A DNA stretch of 64,000 bases from Kiritimatiellia bacterium (GTDB taxonomy: Bacteria; Verrucomicrobiota; Kiritimatiellia; JAAZAB01). The stretch spans positions 480,001 to 544,000 of the forward strand of contig JAXGPF010000003.1 in assembly GCA_040767085.1 (NCBI GenBank). The letters run 5' to 3'. Below the pieces are notes generated by a model that saw nothing but the letters and a program-made list of their open reading frames with translations, was not told the DNA's origin and ran no database searches. The position numbers and the translations under genes were made by a program. Positions 1 through 8,754 of the stretch are shown here, in pieces (positions within the stretch are counted from its first letter, which is position 1; every line of letters starts with the position of its first letter).

Positions 1-2
1 AT

Positions 3-2834
3 GCTGTCATCCGCCGGATTGAGGGCGCGCGGAACACAATCGAAGGCAACGCGGAAATATTGGCATGGCTGCGCGGCGAACAAAGCATCCACGACGAGGA
101 CGATAATCGCGAACGGAATGTGACGGTTGTTGATTTCTTACGGCCGGACGCCAATGCTTTCCACGTCACACCGGAATGGCAATACACAAATGGGCGGGAA
201 ACCCGCCGCGCGGATGTGATGTTCCTGGTCAACGGCATCCCTGTCGCCATCGTTGAGACCAAGAATGCCGCCAAAACCGGCGGCATCGCGGAAGGCCTGA
301 TCCAAATCCGGGAATACCACCATGAAACCCCGGAAATGCTGACCACGCCCCAAGTTTTCAATATCACCCAATTGCTGGATTTTCACTATGGCGCAACCTG
401 GAATCTTGACCGGAAAAATCTGTTCAAATGGAAGGAAGTTGAAAAGGAGTTTATCGCACCGGACGCCGCATCCGCCGCGAACACGCATTCCTTCGAAGCC
501 CGGGTGACGTCGTTTTTCGACCGCCGCCGGTTTCTGACAATGTTGAAGGAATGGATTTTGTTTTTCTATAAAGACGATGAACTCCAAAAAACCGTTCTGC
601 GCCCGCATCAAACCCGGGCGGTGGAACGGATTCTAACCCGCTGCGCCGACGCCAAACGCGCCACCGGCCTGATCTGGCACACCCAGGGTTCCGGCAAAAC
701 CTTCACCATGATCACCGCGGCGCGGATGATTTTGCAGGACCGCTCAAGGTTCGGCAAGGCAACAGTCATCCTGATGATTGACCGCAACGAGTTGGAGGGC
801 CAACTGGCCGGCTGGGTGGACCGCATTCTGGGTGAGATGAAGGCCCATGACATCACCATCGCATACGCCGACAGCAAACGCCGACTGCGCGAATTGCTGG
901 CGGGCGACTTCCGCGGGCTGATCGTCTCGATGATTCACAAATTCGACGGCATCCGGAAGGACATCAATACCCGCGACAATATCTTTGTGCTCGTGGATGA
1001 GGCGCACCGCACCACCGGCGGCCATCTCGGCAATTACCTATTGGGGGCTTTGCCGAAAGCCACCTTGATCGGCTTCACCGGCACACCCATTGACAAAACC
1101 GCCTACGGCAAGGGCACGTTCAAGGTTTTTGGCCGTGAAGATGCGCGGGGATACCTGGATAAATATACCATCGCCGAGTCCATTGAGGACGGAACCACCG
1201 TGCCATTGAAATACACACTGGCGCCGAGTGAAATCCGGGTGCCCAGACAACAACTTGAGGAAGAATTCCTGGATCTTGCCCACGCCCAAGGTGTAACCGA
1301 TGTGGATGAATTGAATAAAATCCTGGATCAGGCCATGCGATTGAAGGCTTTTTTAAAGGCGGATGACCGCATCGGTAAAGTCGCGTCATTCGTAGCGGAG
1401 CATTTTACGAAAAATGTCGAGCCGTTGGGCTACAAAGCCTTCCTGGTGGCCGTTGACCGCGAGGCCTGCGCGCTTTACAAAGCGGCGCTCGACAAGCTGC
1501 TGCCCCCGGAATATTCCCTGCCTGTTTACACACCCGCGCAACATGACAGCGAAAAATATCCGCTGGTGCACAAACACCAAACGACACCCGAGGCGGAAAA
1601 AAAGGCGCGCAAACTGTTTCTGAAGGCCGATACTTTGCCTAAAATACTCATCGTTACCGATAAACTTTTGACGGGATTTGACGCGCCGGTGCTGTATTGC
1701 ATGTATCTGGACAAGCCCATGCGGGATCATGTCCTGCTCCAGGCAATTGCCCGGGTAAACCGGCCTTATGAAACCGCACCCCGACCGGCGCAACGGAATG
1801 GGGAGGGCAAAACGCCGCTCTCACATAACACGCCGCCTTCCACGGTGATCACTCCCGTGCCGACCCGGAAACCATGCGGATTGGTGGTTGATTTCATCGG
1901 CATATTCGAGAAATTGGAAAAAGCCTTGGCGTTCGACTCGGATGTGGTCACTGGTGTTATTGAAGACCTTGATCTCCTTTTCGACAAGTTCAAGGCGCTC
2001 ATGAACGGGCCGGCGCAGGAATATCTGCGCCTCTGCCGCGGGCCAGTTGACGATAAAACTGTCGAGCAGGCCATTGAACTATTCGCCGATCCGGCCAAAC
2101 GCGAAGCTTTTCTGAAGGTTTACAAGCAACTTGAGACGCTCTATGAAATTCTTTCGCCATCGCCGGTTTTGCGGGATTTTGTCGAGGATTTTGGCTGTCT
2201 CTCCCTCTTGTATCAAATCGTCCGAAATGCATTTCGCAAGCAGACCGTCTTCTACGACGACTTGGCCGGCAAAACCGAGCAGTTGGTGCGGGAAAAGGCG
2301 ACAAGCTACGGCCTTGACACCACCTTAGCCGTTGTGAAAATTGACGCTCAAACGTTGGAAGCCATCAAATCGCGCGGCGGCTCTGACAAGGCCAAAATCA
2401 TCAACCTGACCAACAGTATCAGGCGGACGACGCTTGAGGATGCCGACGCCAACCCATACCTCAAACCTATCGGCGACCGCGCGGAAGCCATCATGGACGC
2501 CTACGATCAGCGCCAAAACACAACCACGGAAGCGCTTAAACAGATTGAAGCGTTGATCCGAGAAATCATTGAAGCGCAAAAGCAGCAGACACAAATGGGG
2601 TTTGACGCGGCAACCTTCGCCTGTTTCTGGACCTTGAAACAGGCCAACGTGGAACATCCCAAGCAAGCCGCGCCTATCATCCGAGCACTCTTCAGCCGAT
2701 TCCCACACCATCGCGACAACGCAACGGAATTGCGCCAACTTAAAGCCGAACTGTACAAGACTTTGCTGCCGCTGGTTGGCAAAACAAACATGATCCCCTT
2801 GGCGGAAAAACTGCTCCGCGCGGAGGGGCAATGA
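3..2834 (+). CDS. hsdR: Type I restriction enzyme endonuclease subunit R (5' end lies outside the window)
   Basis: Frame is open from the window edge. Nuclease motif ADVMFLVNGIPVAIVETK; helicase motifs WHTQGSGKT, DEAHR, GFTGTP, LLTGFDAP, QAIARVNR. Confidence 0.95.
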   Translation, partial: AVIRRIEGARNTIEGNAEILAWLRGEQSIHDEDDNRERNVTVVDFLRPDANAFHVTPEWQYTNGRETRRADVMFLVNGIPVAIVETKNAAKTGGIAEGLIQIREYHHETPEMLTTPQVFNITQLLDFHYGATWNLDRKNLFKWKEVEKEFIAPDAASAANTHSFEARVTSFFDRRRFLTMLKEWILFFYKDDELQKTVLRPHQTRAVERILTRCADAKRATGLIWHTQGSGKTFTMITAARMILQDRSRFGKATVILMIDRNELEGQLAGWVDRILGEMKAHDITIAYADSKRRLRELLAGDFRGLIVSMIHKFDGIRKDINTRDNIFVLVDEAHRTTGGHLGNYLLGALPKATLIGFTGTPIDKTAYGKGTFKVFGREDARGYLDKYTIAESIEDGTTVPLKYTLAPSEIRVPRQQLEEEFLDLAHAQGVTDVDELNKILDQAMRLKAFLKADDRIGKVASFVAEHFTKNVEPLGYKAFLVAVDREACALYKAALDKLLPPEYSLPVYTPAQHDSEKYPLVHKHQTTPEAEKKARKLFLKADTLPKILIVTDKLLTGFDAPVLYCMYLDKPMRDHVLLQAIARVNRPYETAPRPAQRNGEGKTPLSHNTPPSTVITPVPTRKPCGLVVDFIGIFEKLEKALAFDSDVVTGVIEDLDLLFDKFKALMNGPAQEYLRLCRGPVDDKTVEQAIELFADPAKREAFLKVYKQLETLYEILSPSPVLRDFVEDFGCLSLLYQIVRNAFRKQTVFYDDLAGKTEQLVREKATSYGLDTTLAVVKIDAQTLEAIKSRGGSDKAKIINLTNSIRRTTLEDADANPYLKPIGDRAEAIMDAYDQRQNTTTEALKQIEALIREIIEAQKQQTQMGFDAATFACFWTLKQANVEHPKQAAPIIRALFSRFPHHRDNATELRQLKAELYKTLLPLVGKTNMIPLAEKLLRAEGQ

Positions 2835-3301
2835 ATCAAAAATTCAAGCCGCACGGAACCGGCCGGCCAGGCGCCGACCGGCGCGCCATGGACCGCCGCA
2901 AAGCCTGTTTCAAGACGGCAGTCCGCGCCTGGGCCATGCGTCTGAAGGTGCAACCAGCACAAATCCGCGTACAGCAAATGCGCAACAAATGGGCCTCATG
3001 TTCACCCGGCCAATGGATCAGTTTCAACACAAATCTTTTGGGCGCGGATACGGAATTCCAAGACTATGTGATGGTGCACGAATTGCTCCATTTGCGCATA
3101 CCGAATCACGGCAAACTGTTCAAGGCGCTCATGACCATACACCTGCCCGGGTGGGAGCAATGGGACGTGGATTCCGCCGATTTGCGCACGGCTGCATCAT
3201 TCTCGGCGGCTCGCTCCCGCGCCAGGCGGGACAAGCCGGAGGTTTACCCCGCTTTGAGCGGGGTCTCGCCCTACCCACGACAAAGGCTTATGAAACGGTA
3301 G
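2831..3301 (+). CDS. M48/YgjP-like (DUF45) zinc metallopeptidase commonly found after hsdR; C-terminal tail runs into palindromic repeats
   Basis: ATGA overlap with hsdR; motifs KWASCS, DYVMVHELLH (HExxH), PNHGKLF. Confidence 0.85.
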   Translation: MNQKFKPHGTGRPGADRRAMDRRKACFKTAVRAWAMRLKVQPAQIRVQQMRNKWASCSPGQWISFNTNLLGADTEFQDYVMVHELLHLRIPNHGKLFKALMTIHLPGWEQWDVDSADLRTAASFSAARSRARRDKPEVYPALSGVSPYPRQRLMKR

Positions 3302-3328
3302 GGCGAGGTCTCCGTACCGAGCCGTCTG
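3206..3328. repeat. REP-like palindrome pair (GTAG type) with nested mini-palindromes
   Basis: CTCGCCCTACC (3265-3275) is the reverse complement of GGTAGGGCGAG (3297-3307). Small hairpins TCCCGC-GCCAG-GCGGGA (3215-3231) and ACCCCGC-TTTGA-GCGGGGT (3246-3264). Confidence 0.55.
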
Positions 3329-3440
3329 TTCTGAGAATGACGCAGCCGTGCGATTTGCGGATGGGTGAATCAAAAAAGATTGGTCTGTCCGCGTCAAGTT
3401 GATATGATACACGCACATCACATCAAATGAAAAGTCAGAC

Positions 3441-5072
3441 ATGTCCAAAACGCCAAAATTAATCATTGCCGGCTGGCTGGCAGCCGTGCTGGCGGCGTTG
3501 GGGCTGACTGCCGCCAACCTGGTCCTGGGCGATTTGAACCAGGACGAAGGCTGGTACTTATACGCCGCGCGGCTGGTGGCCGGCGGCGCTGTCCCCTACC
3601 GCGATTTCGCCTATACCCAGGGCCCGCTGCTGCCACTGGTTTACGCGCCGTTTGACCGGTTCGTCGCCGCCTGGGGGCTGGCCGGCGGCCGCCTGATCAC
3701 CGCCGGGTTCGGCTGGCTGGCGGCGCTGCTGGCCGCCGGCCTGGCGGCGCGGCTGGCGGGACCGCGGCGTCGCGAAGCGGCGCTCCTGGCCTTCGCCCTG
3801 ATTGCCGTCAATGTCTACCAGAGCTCTTTTACTACGGTCGTCAAAACCTACTCCTTGACCGCTTTTTGCCTGGCGGGCGGCTTCCTGGCGCTGGCCGGCG
3901 GCCTGGAACGCCGACAGCGCGCGAAGCTCTGGTTGGCAGGCGCCTTGATGACGCTGGCGGCAGGCACCCGCAGTTCGGCGGCGATGGCGCCGCTGGCCGT
4001 CCTCTGCGTCTTGTGGGCCGGCCGGCGGCGCGCCGGACTGCCGGCCGCCTGGCTGCATTTCCTGGCCGGCGGCGCAGTGGCCGGCGTGGCGCTCATGCTG
4101 CCTTTCTTCGCCATGGCGCCGGAAAATTTCTGGTTCAACGTGGTGAGTTATCACGCCCTGCGCGATCCGGGCACGCTGTTGCAGGCGCTGGTGTACAAGG
4201 CCGGCTTCATCTCGCGCATGGTCCAAGCCTATTTCGCCGCCCTGGCCTTGCTGGCGCTGGCCGCGGTCCGGATCGAACGCCCGCCGGCGGCCGCCGGCCA
4301 ACCGCCCGGCGCGCCGGACCATATCCGCCTGACGATGCCGGCGCTCTGGCTGGCCCTGGCCGGCATCACCTTGCTGCACCTGCTCGCGCCATTTCCCTAT
4401 GACGACTACCAGGCGTTCGCCTACCCCCTGCTTTGCAGCGCAACCGCGGCCCTGGCCATCCGCCGCCTGACCGCGACACCCGCCGCCGCTGTCCGCCTGG
4501 CTTTGCTCGGGGTGCTGGTCGCCGGCGCCGCCGCCATTTCCTCCCCCTTGAACCAGGATTGGTTCATCCAGGGCCGGGACCGCATCTGGTGGCAGATCAA
4601 GGACACCCCGCCGCTTTTCAAACTGCGCGCCGCCGCGCGCCTGATCCAGTCGCTGAGCGGCCCGGACGATTTATTACTGACCCAGGATCCCTACCTGGCG
4701 GTCGAAGCCAACCGGCGGTTGCCGCCGGGACTGGAACTGGGGCAATTCTGTTATTTTCCCGGGCTGATGGACGAGCAGGCGCGGCGGCGGCGCGTGCTGA
4801 ACCGCGGCGCCATGACCGACCTCCTGCGCCATTGCCCGGCACCGGTCGCTGCCCTGAGCGGGTACGCCCTGGCGCTGGAATCACCGCAAATCCAGCCGGT
4901 GCCGGAAGCAGACCGGGAATATTTTCGCGGCATCATCGCGCAACGCTACACACCCCTGCGGGAAATTCCGCGGTTCGGCCAGGCAGCCACCACGCTGGAA
5001 ATTCTGATCCGGGCGCCGGCCGCCGCGGCCGCGCCCGCCCGCATTTCAAACACCCAGGAATCCCAACCATGA
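3441..5072 (+). CDS. Polytopic membrane protein, GT-C/ArnT-like glycosyltransferase
   Basis: N-terminal NQDEGWYLYAA...PYRDF...QGPLLP loop followed by many hydrophobic segments. Confidence 0.7.
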   Translation: MSKTPKLIIAGWLAAVLAALGLTAANLVLGDLNQDEGWYLYAARLVAGGAVPYRDFAYTQGPLLPLVYAPFDRFVAAWGLAGGRLITAGFGWLAALLAAGLAARLAGPRRREAALLAFALIAVNVYQSSFTTVVKTYSLTAFCLAGGFLALAGGLERRQRAKLWLAGALMTLAAGTRSSAAMAPLAVLCVLWAGRRRAGLPAAWLHFLAGGAVAGVALMLPFFAMAPENFWFNVVSYHALRDPGTLLQALVYKAGFISRMVQAYFAALALLALAAVRIERPPAAAGQPPGAPDHIRLTMPALWLALAGITLLHLLAPFPYDDYQAFAYPLLCSATAALAIRRLTATPAAAVRLALLGVLVAGAAAISSPLNQDWFIQGRDRIWWQIKDTPPLFKLRAAARLIQSLSGPDDLLLTQDPYLAVEANRRLPPGLELGQFCYFPGLMDEQARRRRVLNRGAMTDLLRHCPAPVAALSGYALALESPQIQPVPEADREYFRGIIAQRYTPLREIPRFGQAATTLEILIRAPAAAAAPARISNTQESQP

Positions 5073-6088
5073 AAGTCGCACTATTAGGCCTGGCGCAAAC
5101 CGGCCGCAAAACGTTTTTTTCGCTGCTGACCGGCCGCGAGGTGCCGCCCGGCCTGAAGGAAGGCGAAAGCCTGGAAGGCAATGCGCCCATCCGCGATCCG
5201 CGCGTTGACAAATTGTCGGCCATGTACCGGCCGGAGCGCACTAAATACGCGGAAAACCGGATTGTGCTCTGTCCGCCGATCGCCGCCGGCCGGCGCGACT
5301 GGCTGGACTCCGCCAAGCGCTGCGACCTGCTCTGCCTGCTGGTGCGCGCTTTCACCGATCCGGCGGTTTACCACCAGGACGGCAGCGTGGATGCCGCGCG
5401 CGACCGCGGCGCGCTGGAGTCGGAACTCTGGGCCGCCGACCTGGAACTGGTGGAGAAGCGCCTGGACCGCATCGCGCGCGAAAAGAAGGCCGGCCAGGAC
5501 GCCCACCAGGTCCTGGAAGAGCGCACGCTGGAAAAGATCAAGGCGCACCTGGAAACGGCGATGAAAATCAGCATGCCCGCCGGCCTGGAACCGCATGAAG
5601 TGGACACGATCCGCAGCCTGGAACTGCTGTCGTTAAAGCCGGTGCTGTGGGTTTACAACGTGGATGAGGATCAGTTGCGGCAACCCGGCGACGACTGCAA
5701 GGTCTCCTGCCGGATTGAACGCGAAATCATGGAACTGGAGCCGGCCGAACGCGAAGCCTACCTGCGCGACCTGGGCGTGGCGCAATCCGGCCTGGAACGC
5801 CTGAACCAGGCGGCTTACGCCGCGCTGGGGCTGATGTCATTTTATACCGTGGGCCCGGACGAAGTCCGCGCCTGGACCATTCGCGTCGGCACGCTGGCCC
5901 CGGCCGCCGGCGGCAAGGTGCACACCGACATCGAACGCGGATTCATTCGCGCCGAAATCATGCGTTACGACGACCTGATCGCCGCCGGCGGCGAAGAGGC
6001 GCTGCGCGCCCAGGGCAAAATTCAGCTCAAGGGCCGGGATTACGTCATCGCCGACGGCGATATCTGCCATTTCCGGTTCAACGTTTGA
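5069..6088 (+). CDS. YchF/Ola1-like P-loop protein with DUF933/TGS C-terminus (divergent nucleotide-binding motifs)
   Basis: ATG at 5069 overlaps the upstream stop. Motifs DPRVDKL, LLSLKP..YNVDE, SFYTVGPDEVRAW, GKVHTDIERGFIRAE, DGDICHFRFNV. Confidence 0.85.
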   Translation: MKVALLGLAQTGRKTFFSLLTGREVPPGLKEGESLEGNAPIRDPRVDKLSAMYRPERTKYAENRIVLCPPIAAGRRDWLDSAKRCDLLCLLVRAFTDPAVYHQDGSVDAARDRGALESELWAADLELVEKRLDRIAREKKAGQDAHQVLEERTLEKIKAHLETAMKISMPAGLEPHEVDTIRSLELLSLKPVLWVYNVDEDQLRQPGDDCKVSCRIEREIMELEPAEREAYLRDLGVAQSGLERLNQAAYAALGLMSFYTVGPDEVRAWTIRVGTLAPAAGGKVHTDIERGFIRAEIMRYDDLIAAGGEEALRAQGKIQLKGRDYVIADGDICHFRFNV

Positions 6089-6144
6089 GCGGCAGGGAGT
6101 GGCCGGCAAGACGGGGCATGGAAACCGGCGCTATAAATATTTTT

Positions 6145-7678
6145 GTTTCCTCACCAGAATTTGTGGGTGATTACCGGTTCGGGCAATTGCCCAAGGGTAT
6201 GATATAGCGCCATTTCCGCGCCATGAAAAGTTCTGAAGCCATAAGATCGTTTGGTAACCACTCGAGCTTTATTGTTCAAGCCCTCGGTTGCGCCAGTAAA
6301 AACCTCGTTTCTGGCTCTGATCCAGTTCAAAAGCAGCTCCTCGTGTTTAGCAATGGTTTTAGCCGCCTTAATGATTGGCGCAATGCGGCTACGACAGGCG
6401 CGCTTGACCCATGCCTGGAGATAATTACGCGCCCAGGTTGGGCTGTGATAGCTCCAAAAATGCTGAAAGCTTTCCTTGAACAAATAGGCGCGGCCGGTTT
6501 GCAGTCTTGTGCCCAATATCCGATCAAGCATTTCGCGAGCTTTGCCGCGCACGCGGGTTTTGCGGCGCAGCAAGGTCCAGCGCATTTTCTTGAGTTTTTG
6601 CTTGGCCGCCGGACGCGCTGTCATCGCCGCCATATCCCGGCGCCGGACCTCGTCCACGGCGGCATTCAAGGTTTGCACGACATGGAAGCGGTCAATCATG
6701 TGGCAACCGTGGCTGAGGCTCGCAGCAATGACTTTCAGATAAGGTCGCCACATATCGCTACATATATGTCGAATGCCGGCCAGCACGGGTTTTCCCAAAG
6801 ATTGCAACCCTTTACGCAGCGCGGCCGCCCGGCGGGTTTGGCCGACCCAGAGCAATCGGCGGCATTGCGCATCAATCTGATAGATCAAGGTCAGATAGTT
6901 CTTGCTCTTTTTACCGTTGCCTACGTGGAGTTCATCAACACCAATCGCCGTTATATTGGCCAATTCCCGGTGCGCCAAGCCCCATTCCACCATCCACTCG
7001 ACCGACCGATAAACCGCCTGCCAACTGACTTTGAAAATCAGCGCCGTCTCTTTCCAGGACAACCTCCGCGCCCAGTTCCCCAAAAAAAGCATCAGCGCCT
7101 TGCTGTAGGGTCGTTTGCCATCGCTCCAAGGCAGCGCTTCCACCACCACGCCATGTTCGGGGCAATTTACCCGGCGCGGACTATAATGCAAAAAAGCCGG
7201 CACATTCAAAATGGGCACAAACGCCCATATCCGTTCAGGCAGAGTGTCGTATGTCGCCAGCGGTCGCCCGCAACGCGAGCAGCATGCCGCGCGTTGGCGA
7301 TGCGGACGAATGCTTATATCCACTTTCCATTGGCCGCGACGATCCAAAACCATACAAGTTTCCTGATAAATAAAACGTTTCAAAGGTTGCAAACGATTCA
7401 AAATTGTTTTAAGTTTCACCTTGGGCTGGTCCTCCTTTTTTTGTGTTCACCCATTGCATACGCAATGGATTACGGAAAGGCCAGCCTATTTTTTTGCCGC
7501 CGCTTTATCTCCGTTCCGCCATCGCGCCAATCAGGAGTTATTAATCAGGCTGCTGCGGGGCCGCCAAACGCCCAAAGCGGCAGGCTGTTAATAACTCCAC
7601 CATCTTTTGGCGCCATTGCTTGGAGAACTTCTTAAACTTTAAAACCTGTTTTTTACCCACAAATTCTGGTTAGGAGCC
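6145..7678 (-). mobile_element. ISL3-family insertion sequence, copy 1 (1534 bp)
   Basis: Imperfect 24-bp terminal IRs GGCTCCTAACCAGAATTTGTGGGT / GTTTCCTCACCAGAATTTGTGGGT; 8-bp target duplication ATATTTTT at 6137-6144 and 7679-7686. Confidence 0.95.
6151..7419 (-). CDS. ISL3-family transposase
   Basis: Zn-finger CSRC...CPEHG; DDE-region motifs IGVDE, CSDMW, DRFHVV, TEGLNNK..KRSYGFR. Confidence 0.95.
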   Translation of the reverse strand: MKLKTILNRLQPLKRFIYQETCMVLDRRGQWKVDISIRPHRQRAACCSRCGRPLATYDTLPERIWAFVPILNVPAFLHYSPRRVNCPEHGVVVEALPWSDGKRPYSKALMLFLGNWARRLSWKETALIFKVSWQAVYRSVEWMVEWGLAHRELANITAIGVDELHVGNGKKSKNYLTLIYQIDAQCRRLLWVGQTRRAAALRKGLQSLGKPVLAGIRHICSDMWRPYLKVIAASLSHGCHMIDRFHVVQTLNAAVDEVRRRDMAAMTARPAAKQKLKKMRWTLLRRKTRVRGKAREMLDRILGTRLQTGRAYLFKESFQHFWSYHSPTWARNYLQAWVKRACRSRIAPIIKAAKTIAKHEELLLNWIRARNEVFTGATEGLNNKARVVTKRSYGFRTFHGAEMALYHTLGQLPEPVITHKFW

Positions 7679-8722
7679 ATATTTTTTAAAGAACGCCGTG
7701 GATTTATTCCCGCCCCAGGCATGAGGGCCGGGATGGAGATCGAGTTCCAGGCGGTCGCACGCGCCCGCGGCGCGATAAATGGCCTTCAACCGCTGAAAAC
7801 ACTGCATGGCCGTGTCAATTTTGAAGCAGGCGTCATTGGCGCCGATATCAACCAACAACGGGCGCGGCGCCAGCAGCCCCTGCAGGTCGGGCAGATTGAC
7901 CAGCTTGAACAGTCCCGGGGCCACCTGCATGCCGCAGTAATTGATGTCGCGGATGCCGAACGCCTCCCACAAGTCGCTGTAACAAATGATTTCCGCGGCT
8001 TGGAAACGCGCGTCGCAGAGCGCCATCCAGAGCGCCATCGTGCCGCCGCCGCTCAATCCCATGACGCCCAGGCGCCGGCCGTCCACCTGGGGCAGGCCGG
8101 CGACAAAGTCGGTGGCGGCCCGGCCGTGCGCCACGTTGATAGCGAGGGAAGTTGTGCCCAGCATGGTGGCGTGCAGGTAGTAGAGGTTGCACCAGTCGCG
8201 GCCGCCGGCCACCGCCAGGTGGTTGGGCTTGCGGGCGTCGTTGCGTTCGCCAAATCCGATCCAATCCAGGGAGTAGGTGACAAACCCCTGCTGCGCCATC
8301 ACTTCCCCGTAATTATAGCGGCTATTGGCGATGGCCTGGCGCAGATCGGGATCGGAATCGTTGCCCATGACCGGCTCCTTGCCGTGGGGGCCATGGCCAT
8401 GGCTGCACAGGATGGCCGGACGTTTTTCGCGTTTTTTCAGGCCCTGCGGCAGGTTGACCAGCACCGTGGCCGCCAGGTGTTTTTGGACATCAATGATCCA
8501 TTTCTGCCGGACCAGGCCCTTGTCCTCCCACTGCGCCACCAAGGTCGGATTTAATTTCACCCGCCGCGGAAAATCACCCAGCGTCCCCAGGACCTGCGGA
8601 AGGGCGTGCTTGCGCCAGGCGCGGAAATCATCCCGGGTCCGGCCGCGGAAAGCGCACGCCGGCCGGTGTTCCGCAGCCCACGCGGCGAACATTTTCTGCG
8701 GGCTTAAATTACGCGCATGCAT
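7670..8722 (-). CDS. Alpha/beta hydrolase (dienelactone hydrolase/esterase-like); last codons supplied by the IS
   Basis: HGHG, GFGER, nucleophile elbow GLSGGG, LAPRPL, C-terminal His (PGPHAW). Start chosen at MHARN. Confidence 0.85.
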   Translation of the reverse strand: MHARNLSPQKMFAAWAAEHRPACAFRGRTRDDFRAWRKHALPQVLGTLGDFPRRVKLNPTLVAQWEDKGLVRQKWIIDVQKHLAATVLVNLPQGLKKREKRPAILCSHGHGPHGKEPVMGNDSDPDLRQAIANSRYNYGEVMAQQGFVTYSLDWIGFGERNDARKPNHLAVAGGRDWCNLYYLHATMLGTTSLAINVAHGRAATDFVAGLPQVDGRRLGVMGLSGGGTMALWMALCDARFQAAEIICYSDLWEAFGIRDINYCGMQVAPGLFKLVNLPDLQGLLAPRPLLVDIGANDACFKIDTAMQCFQRLKAIYRAAGACDRLELDLHPGPHAWGGNKSTAFFKKYGS

Positions 8723-8754
8723 AGATGGCGGATGGCGGCATTCCCGGAACGCAG

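Noticed and set aside
4433-5068. N-terminal 212-aa extension of the YchF-like ORF in the ORF track
   Set aside because: It overlaps the glycosyltransferase in another frame; the real start is the coupled ATG at 5069.
6223-7635. 470-aa ORF antisense to the transposase (and its twin at 32692-34104)
   Set aside because: No recognisable motifs; it fully overlaps the transposase on the opposite strand and is treated as a shadow ORF.
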